Positions 25,925 to 37,455 of a stretch of DNA of 64,000 bases are shown piece by piece; position 1 is the stretch's first letter; every line of letters starts with the position of its first letter. The notes under the pieces are model-generated. The model was given only the letters and a program-made list of their open reading frames with translations, was not told the origin of the DNA and searched no databases. Origin of the DNA: Lama glama (taxonomy: Eukaryota). A program made the position numbers and the translations under genes. Where the stretch lies: contig CM052816.1 of NCBI GenBank assembly GCA_028534125.1, positions 5,768,001 to 5,832,000 of the forward strand. The letters run 5' to 3'.

Positions 25925-27629
25925 GTGATGATTAAGAGTCTGTGTTGCATGTTTGCCATATGGTATCACCCCTACCCTCCAACTGAAGGTTGATCTATTC
26001 TAAACTTTAGAGTTTTCCAACCCAACCAATATATTCCTGTCGTTAATTTGGTCTCCTACATGTTTTACTGATAGAATCAGAAGTAAGGCCAAAGAGAAGA
26101 CCGTTCCCTAATGATCTTCAATGCTTGTTCAAGCCCACCCCCAAAGCCTACCCCTAACTGAAGTTATCCATCGTAGTTCAAAACGAGGTTATGTGTGTAC
26201 CTTATTGTAGCCTAATTGAATATTTTTTTTTGCAAATAACTGAGGAAGGTTGGGGATGGGAGATGGAGTTTGATTGATGGAGGCTAAGAGAGTCCATTCT
26301 GTTTTCTCAGGGAAATCCTTAGTCAGAGATGTAAAAGGACTGGAAAACTAAGAGAACACAGGAGGTGTGATCAGATTTTACTTTAGGGAATTGTACTTTA
26401 CACCATTCAAGATAATCAGGACGAGCCTCTCAAAGTTAAAGCACCAGAGAAGAACAAAGATTCTTTGAATCCAGGGAGGTGTCATTAAAATGAGTTCTGG
26501 GTTCAGCCACCCCCAGACCCCAGAGGTCATACACAAGGCTAGAGGCTGAGTCCGTCTCCTTGAACCATGAACCATGAATCACGATCATAATGGGTTTAAT
26601 CACACCTTAACAAGTTGCAAAAGGCTCTTGCCTCTGCCCAGGTTCTCTGTTCAACTTCAATCTGTACAACTTTTAATTAAGGCTTCATTTGCTTACTGCT
26701 TCCTCTCTTCTCTCATGGAAGCGATTGCAGAGGGGAATAACATACCAGCATATACACATGCATTTCTTATAAGAAGACATTGAAGTTTGAGGTCAGACTT
26801 TTTACAGAAAGAATTGTGCAAATAACCCTTTATATTATATGCCTGTTCCACTTTACTAAGCACAGTGAGTTCCACTAACTCATAACTCTTGCCACAGCCC
26901 GGTGACCAATTTCCTATTCTCTCCTTACTTGATTTCGTGGCAACCTCTGACATAGGTGTTTATGCCCTCCTCTTTAATATACGCTCCCTTCACTCGGTTT
27001 CTAGGACACCAGGCTCTCTGGGGTTTCCTCCTCTCTCACTGGTCGCTCCTTCTCAGTCTCTTCTGATGGCTCTTCATGACTGACCCTCTAAATGCTCAAA
27101 GGTCCAGGGCTTGGAACTCTCCTCTTCACTGTCTAGACTCACCCCCACAGTAACCTCATCCAGCGCCATGGCTTTACATGGTGCATGTTCATAATTCCTA
27201 AAATGTTGAAGTCCAGTCTGGACCTTCTTTCTCACCCCCCAGGCTCATGAGTCTGTTCCATATTTCCTCTTGGATTCTAACAATCATCTCAGACCTACAA
27301 TGTCCCATACTGAACCCCCGATTTCCCTCCATTCCACATCTGTTCACCCACAAATGTTCCCTACCCATCTCAGTAAATGTCATCATTATTCTTTCGGTTA
27401 CTGAGACCTGATGCATTAAGCACTCTTTCTCCCTCACCCCATCTCTAGTGCATCAGAAATCCCGTTGGTTCTACCTACAAGGTACATTGTGAGTCAGACA
27501 CTTCTCATCCACTTCACAACTATCATCCTACCCCAAGCACATTATTTCTTGCCTAAATGAATACACTATCCTCCTAAGTGGCCTCCCTTCTTTGAATCTG
27601 TAATATGGTATTATTCACGCTGCAGTTTG

Positions 27630-27841
27630 AAGGGTTTCTCAACCCCCAGACTATTGATACTTTGGGGTCAGATAATTGTTTGTGGTGGGAAGATGTCCTG
27701 TCCATTGTAGGGTGTTTAGCAGTGTGCCTGGCTACATTAGACTCCAGTAGCCCCCTCTCCCAGTTTCACCCACCACAAGTGCCTCCACACCTTGTCAAAT
27801 GTCTTCTGGGGAGCAAAATCATCCCTGATTGAGAACCATTG
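27630..27841. mobile_element. MER20 DNA transposon nested in L2
   Basis: tttctcaacc...gataattgtttgtggtggg...gtcctgtccattgtagggtgtttagcag...caaatgtcttctggggagcaaaatcatccctgattgagaaccattg. Confidence 0.85.
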
Positions 27842-27904
27842 AGTTAGAGAGAGATCCTTTAAAAATGTAAGTCAGATCAAATCACTTTCCTGCTCAAAAA
27901 TTCC

Positions 27905-28099
27905 CAATGGTGGTTGCCAGAGGCTGGAGGAGGGGGAAATTAAGAATTACTAATCAACTGGCATAAAGTTTCAGTTAAGTAAGATGAATAAGATCTAGAG
28001 AGTTACTATACAACATTGTATCTGTAGTGAGCAACAATGCATTGTACTTTTAAAAGTTGTTGAGGTTAGATTTTGTGTTCTTATCGCAATAAAATAAAT
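27905..28099 (+). mobile_element. L1 3' end fragment (L1MA8/9-like) nested in L2
   Basis: atggtggttgccagaggctgg...aaagtttcagttaagtaagatgaataagatctagaga...gcaataaaataaa. Confidence 0.8.
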
Positions 28100-29409
28100 C
28101 CAAGTTCCTGACAGTGGTTTACAAGGCATGTGCTGTTCCTACCAGAAACACTTGTCCCTAGACTTTTTACTTGACTAATATACTCATCCTCCCAGTTCTA
28201 GCTTAAAGGCGACTTCCTCTAGGAAGCCTTCCATGGCCTTTCCCTTAATCTGGGTTTAGGTCACTGTTCTATGCACCCACAATGTCCTGCTCTTCCTCTG
28301 ACATAGTGCACCTCACACTGGAGTGTAATTGCCTGGTTACTAGACTGTGAACTCCTTCAGAGCAGGACTGTGCCTTACTTAGTGCTGCATCCCTCCCTTG
28401 TGCATAGCATAGGGTCTGGAACAGTGCACGTAAGTTACAATATGGTGGCCTGATTGGCGTTGCAGCTGAGCCTGGCTTGCACTACAGATAAGGATATCAT
28501 ATGCACCCTGGTTGAGACCTTGGAAGTAGATACAGCTCTGAGATAGATACTATCATGTCTTAGCAATTTTCTTTTCTCTCTCTCTCTCTTTTTTTCAATT
28601 TGGTAGTTACACAATTACTATGGTAAAACATTAAGGACAGTCTCTGCTCTTAGAGGAATCCTTGGTAAGAGAAACCCCTCATTCAACAAATACACTCTGA
28701 GCATGTGCCATGAGTTGGACGTTGGGCTGGATGCCAGACATCTGCTGGTGGACAGGAAGTTACATACACAGGATTTGTGGATCCTGCATTCCAGCATGGC
28801 TGATGGTCATTTAGTGCATAATAATGTAATAAGTTACTTAATTGCTACTGTGAACATCAGAGAAAGTGGGGCAGGGAAGGGAAACATGCAGGTGGAACTG
28901 CAAATTAGAGGTCCTTAGCTAAAAAGGCAATATATGGTGCCTTTCAGGAGCCAACAGGAGGCTGGTACAGCTGCAGCACAGAGAGGGAGGGAGAGAGAAG
29001 TGCTCTGAATTGAGGCTGGAGAAACAGGTAGGGGCCAGAACAGATTGGGTCGTTCACCTTCCCTCCACCCTACAATCCCCCAAATTATCTCTAGTGGCTT
29101 CACTTTTAGGCTACATATGCCGTATTTATTCCTTCTTGAGAACTGTGAGCTTTGGCATGCTCCTCACTTGAGCCAACTTTTCATTCCCCCACCACTGACG
29201 TCCTATTCATTCTTCAGTGCCAAGCTCAGGCTCCTTCTCCACCATGAAGAACCAGAACTCAGAGTGACCACTGATAATGAGCAAAAAAGGACACAGATAG
29301 GATTGGGAATGGTGAACAATTCAGCTTAAATGCGACAAAAGATGCCTTTTTATGGAGCTCAGTTCTGCAAATGGCAGATCTTGGGATTTCTAAGTGATTT
29401 ATAAGGGAG

Positions 29410-29700
29410 ACAATATAGTGGACAGTTAAGAAGACACTCTTTGAGGAGCTAGTCAGACCTGATTTAACATCTGGGTTCCCTACTTTATTAGCTGTGTGAC
29501 CTAGAGAAATCTCTCTCACTTCTTTGAATCAGTTATTTGTTTCTAAAACAGGGATAATTATACCTACCTAGATACAGGGTTGTTACAGGTTGACCTAGTA
29601 TTACTAAGGATTTAAACAGATAATGCATGCAAAGCACTTATAACAGTGTCATGTGCATGGTAAGTATTAAACAAATGTTATCATTATTACTATTACCATC
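29410..29700 (+). mobile_element. MIR SINE
   Basis: ttattagctgtgtgacctag...ataatgcatgcaaagcacttataacagtg. Confidence 0.8.
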
Positions 29701-29920
29701 ATCATCCTTCATTCTTTCTTAACTAAATTCTAAACTGCATGTTTATTAAATGAGATAATGTGTCAATTCTAGAACACAGTATAGTTCATGGTAATTAATC
29801 AATAAAGGCAAAGGTCTCCCTTTTCCTCCAATCTCTTTTATAAACAAGGACCATGTCTCTCAATTCTTCTGCAGGCACTGAGTAAGTCCTCAGTAAATAT
29901 CCATTGAATATTGGATAGAC

Positions 29921-30420
29921 NNNNNNNNNNNNNNNNNNNNNNNNNNNNNNNNNNNNNNNNNNNNNNNNNNNNNNNNNNNNNNNNNNNNNNNNNNNNNNNN
30001 NNNNNNNNNNNNNNNNNNNNNNNNNNNNNNNNNNNNNNNNNNNNNNNNNNNNNNNNNNNNNNNNNNNNNNNNNNNNNNNNNNNNNNNNNNNNNNNNNNNN
30101 NNNNNNNNNNNNNNNNNNNNNNNNNNNNNNNNNNNNNNNNNNNNNNNNNNNNNNNNNNNNNNNNNNNNNNNNNNNNNNNNNNNNNNNNNNNNNNNNNNNN
30201 NNNNNNNNNNNNNNNNNNNNNNNNNNNNNNNNNNNNNNNNNNNNNNNNNNNNNNNNNNNNNNNNNNNNNNNNNNNNNNNNNNNNNNNNNNNNNNNNNNNN
30301 NNNNNNNNNNNNNNNNNNNNNNNNNNNNNNNNNNNNNNNNNNNNNNNNNNNNNNNNNNNNNNNNNNNNNNNNNNNNNNNNNNNNNNNNNNNNNNNNNNNN
30401 NNNNNNNNNNNNNNNNNNNN
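29921..30420. other. Assembly gap (500 N)
   Basis: Run of exactly 500 n. Confidence 1.
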
Positions 30421-30999
30421 CGATGCAGTCAGACCACAATTTAATTAGCCGAAATTTGATTGTTCATACAGCTTTCTAGGAATGTCTCTATCTCAGAGTA
30501 AAGTCCATTTGTATTATTATCACTTCATTTTAATTGATATTTACAGAAAATAAATAAGTTGGTGTCATATGAATAAACTCTGTTGTCTGCTCTTTATCCA
30601 GTAATGAAGTGGCAGTAGCCAGCCTAGGTAACACAATATGATATATAATTTCTATAGTAATTTGCACGGTTTATGTCAGTGTCTCGCAAATACTGCTCCC
30701 CTAAGTCTCATTGGTCTTCCAAAATAAAACAGTGATCGTGGCAAATTCAGATTACAGAGCCAAGTTAGGCCCATTCACTGGGAGCTCTCCATAGTCCTGG
30801 GGTCCGTAATGGTATCCACAAGGTCTACTGACTTGAGTCCTATGGTGTGGATTCCTTTGGCTTCTGCTTCAGATTATTCACACTCTGTATGGCATGTCAC
30901 AATCAAGGCACCCCTGCATATGTTTTTGTTTTCTTATCGGGAAATTTAGTGACTCTGCTGGACTTCCATGAGTGCCGTATACAAACAGAACATTACAGC

Positions 31000-31570
31000 A
31001 TGACTGCCATGCACCAAGTCCCTCTGCTGGAAACTGTGATATAGAGATGAGTGAAAATTGGGCTCTGCTCTTAGGGAGCTCACATTCCAGTGGAGGGAAA
31101 GAGAGGGATTGTAGAATCATAGGTAATGTCCTAAGAATTAACGAAAATGTGTGAAAAATACATGGGAATTCTGAGCTAAGAGCTAGGGACTGTCCTAGCA
31201 GGTAGAGTGGAGGGGGTCAGGAGAGACTTCCCTGAGAAAGTGATATTTGAGCTGGATTGTAGCGAATGAGTCCACTAGACTGAGAAAGGGTGGGATGGAC
31301 TCTCCAGGCAAAGGTACAGTGAGGTGAAAACTTAAAGAGGGTCCAAGAGTTTGGAATGGAACAGAACATAAGAGAGACCAAATTATAGGGGAGGGAGAGG
31401 GAGAAGAATATAGAGGTTAGAAAATGAGGGGCCGGATTTTAAAGGGCTTTGAAGGCCCCATTAATAGGCTTAGGCTTTATCTTACAGTGCGGAAGAATGG
31501 ATAGAGTCTGATAGGTTAAAAGGCTAGATTTGAAGTGTGCAGAGTGAACTCTAGGGCGAGAGCCTGGAAG
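31000..31570 (-). mobile_element. L2 LINE fragment
   Basis: ggagctcacattccagtggaggg; gacttccctgagaaagtgatatttgagctgg; ggctttatctt. Confidence 0.65.
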
Positions 31571-32319
31571 GAAGGAGAACTTCTCTCTTGAACCTTGTCT
31601 CTAGACACATCTGACCTCATGACTGATAAAGCCTTATGTGCTAGCTACCTGAGTTCTAAACCTTCACGTGGAAAAAGCTGGTTGCAGCGCTCTGCTGACT
31701 TGACTGAGTCAGAACGATCGCTGTCTGACATAAAGAAAGAGAACAGATCACACTGTAGAAATCTGGGTGGTATTTATTCATCAGTCCCACCTCCCTCCTA
31801 ACTGTCTAGAAGGAAGTCTCGGACCTTCTGAGCTTTCCCTTGGATTAATGCAACAGTATGCTGCCTACTGCTTTTCTGCCTGGCTTGTTTTCTGCCATCA
31901 GGTTAAACATTTTAAAGGAAAACTTTGAGGCCATGACTCTCCTCTTTATAAATCTCCTGATTTATTCTTTATTTCCTGCATAATATTCAGTCCTTTGCCT
32001 GGTTTCTAAAACCCTTTGTAATTTAATGCTACTTTTCTGTCTGTTTCACAGCCTACACCTTTCCATCATGCCTCCTTCATCAGACTATGATGATTCCTAG
32101 CTCTTGTCTTTATGTCCACACTGTTGAACTTTTCTCATGTGTACCCATATGAAAATGCATTGATAAATAAGTGCACATCACAAGCACTATTTATTTAAAC
32201 ATCTATTCATTTACTCCTTCACTTAACATTATTCTTCAAGGCTCTGTGGTAGGTGCTGGAGTTATAGTGGTGGGCAAGACAATGAGACCCTTACTCTCAT
32301 GGAGCTTAGGGTCCGCCTA

Positions 32320-32482
32320 GAGCTTTACTCCTCAAAATGCAGTCCTTGGAGCCCTGGCTTCATCTGGCAGTTTGTCAGAAATGGACGCTCTTAGCCCCAA
32401 CTCCAGACCTACCGGATTCAAACTTCATTTTAACAAGGACCCTAGATAATTTTTATGCACAAAGGAATTTCAGAAGCAATGG
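32320..32482. mobile_element. MER5A-like MITE nested in an L2 fragment
   Basis: ccccaactccagacctaccggattcaaac...cattttaacaag...agaagcaatg. Confidence 0.65.
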
Positions 32483-33719
32483 TCTAGGAGACAGGAACTG
32501 AACAAGCAGCTGTAACAATAGCATATAGACTGCTATGATGCTGGAGGGGCAGGGATAAGGGAGTCACACCACATTGATGAATTTTCAGTTGTTTAACGAG
32601 TACTTTTTTCCCACTGAATTAAGTAAGAAATAATGGTGTGAGTGTGTGGCGACCACATGTTATTCTCCTTCAGAATCTCCCACTGACCTAGCTCAGTCCT
32701 GAGTCCACGCTGGGTAACTGACACATACTTTTGCTAACACTGATTGATTGGATTGTTTACAGAAGTACTCAGACAAATTTGAGGATTTTGGAGGTTTCAG
32801 CAAATGATGGAATTGTTCAGTTTTTGCCAGTACAGTTTTGATTTATTGAGTGTGGGGGGTTTTGTTTTGCTGAAACAGAAAATGAGCATTGTTTATCCTT
32901 TTCAAAGCTGCAGCGTTTCACCATGGTTGACATAAACAAGGGTGGGAATTTGACAAGATGAAATGGAACGAAATTTTGCACAGGACTGTTTTTGCTCTTT
33001 AGTTCAAGGCTGTGGATAAGTTTGCTTTTCCTCTAAGTTAGTTTTGTTTTTATCATGTATGGAGAGCAAGGTGATTCACAGCTGGGTCAATACTCCTAGT
33101 TTAACTGCCCCAAACATCTGTTACTTAGCAATACCCTTAGACTCAACTGGAGCAAAGCATAATACCTGAAAAAAATCCACATGTTGTGCTTTGTCATCTC
33201 TCTCATGCTGTGCCAGCACAAGGCACTGCTTTCTTCACACATTGAGTTGAGACTCAGGGTTAATAAAAGCAACCATGTTTTGAGTGCACAACAAATTCTT
33301 CTCTGTTCCCCACTACCTTCTACCTAATTAGAAATGCCCCTTCTACTTTTAGGTTAATTTAAGTGGAAGAGAATCCTTCTCTGCCTTTTCTCTGGTAATA
33401 TCTAGAGTTTTACATGCTCCACATTTGGGTGCTAAAGGATGCCTTTTCTTCTCATGCTTGTCCTGAGCTTTAAGCATCACTTTTAGGTATTTTGAAACAC
33501 TGTCCAGAAAGTCACTGACAGAGTCTCAGCTATTGATTTGTCCGAGAGCTTTGAGAAAACCGCTAATCATTGGTGCTCCCACAGAATCATAGCATGTCAC
33601 AGTTAGAAAAAAACTGCAGACATGACCTCAACAAGATTCCCTTTGACACCACATTCCCACACTTGATGAGTCATCCAACCTCTGTTCAGCACCCTCAGCA
33701 GGCTTCTCCAGACATCTGG

Positions 33720-35385
33720 TTTCTAGTTATCAAGATATGTTAAAGCTATAGTAATTAAGACAGGGTGGTATCAAGCATAGGCAAGTATATCAACAAAAGA
33801 GAATCAAGAGTCCAGAAACAGACCTACTTGCATTTGGTGATCTATGAGAGAGGAGCGTGCAGTGGGGAAAAGGATGGACTTCTCAATAAATCATGCTAGT
33901 TCAGTAGGATATCCATGTGCAAAAAAAAAAATTGACCTTGCACCTTGCACATTCCCAAAGACACATAGAACTAAATGTGAGAGGTAAAATTTTAGAAGAT
34001 ATCATGGAAGAATACCTTTATATCTTTGAGGTAGCCAAAGACCTCTTGAGCAAGACACAAAGAGTGCTAGCTATAAAGGAAAAACCTTGCTAAGCGAATC
34101 ACATTGAAGTTATGTATTTCTCTTCTTCATACAACACTGTAGAGATAGTGAAAAGAGAAGCCATCAAATAGAAGATGTTGATATAACAGATATCTGAGAA
34201 AGGACATATGTCAAGGATATATAATGCTTGCACAACAATAAGAAAAAGACAATGGAAAAATGGGCAGGAGATTTACAAAGGTATTTCATGAAAGAGGCTA
34301 TACAAATGGCTAAGAAACAAAAAGGTACTAGTCATCAGGTAAATACAAATTAAAGCCACAATGTGATATTATAATATGCCCACTTGCTCAAGTGGAAAAG
34401 GCAGATGTGAAGCAACTGGAACTCATTTGCATTGCTGATAAGAGTATAAATTTGTTTTCAGAAAAATAATTTGGTGCAACCTATAAAAGGAAATTATAAA
34501 TAATGTGGCCTAGGAATTCCCCTCCTAGGTATATACCCAAGAGAAATTCAAGTATGCTCATCAAAAGACTTTTATAAGAATGTTTATAGTGCTGTTTTCT
34601 ATAATGGCCTCACACTAGGAGCAACCAAAGTATAAAGACAGTCCACTTCTGGATTTATTTATGGATAAATAAACTGTGGTAAATCCACAAAATGGAATAC
34701 TACGTAACAGTGAGAATGAATGGAGTACAGCTACATGTGATAATCTCACAACATAATATCGAGCAAAACCAGCCAGACACAAAACAGTACATATTGTATG
34801 ATTCCACTCTGAGATTCAAAGACAGCTCAGTTAGTAGAATTAATCTATGATGTCGGAAGCCAGGATAGTGGTTAGTCTTGTAGGGAGAAGTGAGTAGGAG
34901 GGAGGTGATGCCTGAGGTTCTGGTGGTATTCGATTTCTTTCTTTTTTCTTTTTTCAATTGAACTATAGTCAGTTACAATGTGTCAATTTCTGGTGTACAG
35001 CACAATGTCCCAGTCATGTATATACATACATATATTCATTTTCATATTCTTTTTCCTTAAAGGTTGTTATAAAATATTGAATATAGTTCCCTGTGCTATA
35101 TGGAAGAAATTTGTTTTTTAAATCTATTTTTATATATAGTGGTTAACATTTGCAAATCTCAAACTCTCAAATTTATCCTTTCCCAATCCCTTTCCCCTGG
35201 TAACCAAAAGATTGTTTACTATGTCTGTGAGTCTGTTTCTGTTTTACAGATGAGTTCATTAATGTCCTACAAATCCTTAATTTGAGTTCTGATTATATTA
35301 CTTTATGAAAACTAATTCAGTGGTATAGTTGAGATTTATGCACTTATGTGTTACACTTCAACAAAATTTAAAAAATTAAATCAAT
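33720..35385 (+). mobile_element. Old L1 (L1MC/MD/ME-like) ORF2 3' part and 3' UTR
   Basis: aaagctatagtaattaagacagggtggta, gagtccagaaacagacc, aattcccctcctaggtatatacccaagagaa, attgtatgattccact; ends ttcaacaaaatttaaaaaa. Confidence 0.85.
34936..35268 (-). mobile_element. Young artiodactyl/camelid L1 3' end inserted in opposite orientation into the old L1
   Basis: T-rich tail followed by aattgaactatagtcagttacaatgtgtcaatttctggtgtacagc...aatatagttccctgtgctata...gagtctgtttctgttttacagatgagttcatt. Confidence 0.8.
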
Positions 35386-36917
35386 TGTGTGTCAAAGGGG
35401 GAAGATATGAAGAAAACCATTTTCTAGTTAAAAATCTTTCTTTGTTCAGAATATAAAATTTAAGAAGGAAGAATCCATTGGCTGAAAAAGAGGTTGAAGT
35501 GAAAAAAAATATTATGAGTCTTCTCTGTAGAAGTATGAAAGTTCTTTTCCCCTCTTTGAGTTTTGATGTAGTAGCTGTGGGGAAATGTAAGAGCCACTGG
35601 CTTTGTGGGGAGGCCTGACAGATTTGCTTCTGGTTTAATGATGTGCTTGCCTTTTTTCCCTCTCCAGCCACATGGATAGATGAAGACTGACCTTCTACTT
35701 AACATCCATCTCTCCCTTTTGGGTCACCCGCGGATGGTACTTGGTGCTCAAGATACACCTGAGCTTGGTAAGTTCATTGCTGCTTGTGTGTTAGTCTTAT
35801 CTTCCCAATTAGATTACAAACACCATGTAAGTCAAGACTTGGTGTTTCTTATTTCTGTGTATTCTCCACCATACTAAGGAGAGAACTGATCACGGGGACT
35901 CAGCAAACATTTTCCATTGTAGAAAGTCAGCTCATTCAGTCTGGGACTCTGAGATGTGAGAAGGGAAGTCACTTGCCCAAGGTCACTTGGCCACAGTTAT
36001 GTCTTGTCTGGCCAGGACCCCACATGGCCTTGGTGAGGAGAAACAAACCACGTCCCTTCTTGTTCTGTTGCCTTTGCCTTTACTTCTCAGTGCAGAGGTG
36101 TAACGCACAGCAACTCGATTTTGCAAATTCTGATTGTGCTGCTTGCTGACTCACTGAGCAGACGCCGCCTAAGTGTGGGGACCCTTGGCGCAGCAGAGCA
36201 GAAACAGTATGTGTGGTCTCCAAAAGGCAAAGACAGTGAGTGAGCTGGCTCATGTCAGCGTCTGGACCTGCAAAAGCCAACACGTTAAGCTCCGGTGCAC
36301 CTCCTGTCCCTTTACGTCTACCTCCAGGGGTGATGATGAAGTTCAAGGCTTTACATACCCTGAAGGGCACTGAAAACTCAGCTTTGAAAAATTGCTCATT
36401 GTTGGTTAAGGGTCACCTGATTTATGTTCAACAAAAAGGCCTCATCCAAGTCTGGATCATAAAATGCTCAGTGTCAATTTAGCCCACTGTGTGAACTCTC
36501 TCAGTGCTGGTTTCCCGACATATAAGCATGAGATAATTAGACAAGAAACTACCTGACTTTCAAGGTTCTGTTCTGTAGATTCATTAGGGCTCTAGTCTAT
36601 ATAGATTCATTAACTTAAACAATTACTGGCATCTCTTATAGACACAAAATACTAATAAGCACTGACCGTAAGTGTCATATATATGTATATATACGCCTCT
36701 ACTGGGGAGAGAGCGAAAGAGGAAGGGAGGGAGGTAGACAGGGAGATGGAGTGCGGGGAAGAGGGGGGAGAGCGAGAGAAAAAGAGAATATGAATGACTA
36801 TGTGTCTTTTATTGAGCACTTATATGTCAGGCAGCATGCTGAGTATTTTAAATTCCTTATCTTATTTAATCTTTACAATGATTCCAAAAAAGTATTACCA
36901 TCACTTTATATATAAAG

Positions 36918-37455
36918 TGTGGCTGATTGTTTTTTTCCAAATACCACCATAACCTCTCCCATCCCATGTGTTCTCCTTACAATCTGATGTTGACCCTTGT
37001 CCTGCTGTAGAGTGTATATTCCTTCCCTTTCGATATGGCTGCACTGGTGACTGTGGCAGGTCACACTGTGTGACTTCTCAGGGCAGGTCATGAAAGGTGA
37101 TGCAGCTTCTGCCTGCTTCCCTTGGGTCCCTTGTTCTTGGAACCTGGCCATCGTGCTGCGAGGAAGCCCGCATGGATCATGGAGAGGGCGTATGCAGGTG
37201 GTCAGGACAACAGACCCGACTGCCAGCCGTGTGAGTGAGCGAGCCTTCAGAGGGTTCCATCCCCCAGCTGTCAAGTCATCTGCAGCATTTTAGTTTTTCC
37301 ATCTGAGGTCCCAGACGTCTCTAAGTAGGGACAAGCCGTCCCACTTTGCCCCTTTCCAAGGTTTCTGACCCAGGGAATCTCTGAGCATAATAAAAAAAAG
37401 GCTGTTGTGTTATGCTACAAGTTCAGGGTGGCTTGTTATGCAGTGATAGTGACAC
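36918..37455 (+). mobile_element. MaLR LTR (MLT1G/H-like) nested in a MIR
   Basis: Contains tgtgacttctcagggcaggtcatgaaagg, ctgccagccgtgtgagtgag and 3' gttgtgttatgctacaagttcagggtggcttgttatgcagtgatag. Confidence 0.78.

Larger units (their letters stand above)
26880..28430 (+). mobile_element. L2 LINE, interrupted by MER20 and an L1 fragment
   Basis: L2 motifs (ctcatccagcgccatggcttta, ccctacccatctcagtaaatg, gtaagtcagatcaaatcact, ggaagccttcc, tagactgtgaactcc). Confidence 0.8.

Noticed and set aside
29795..30444. ORFs of 214 aa and 177 aa
   Set aside because: Artefacts of translating through the 500-N gap
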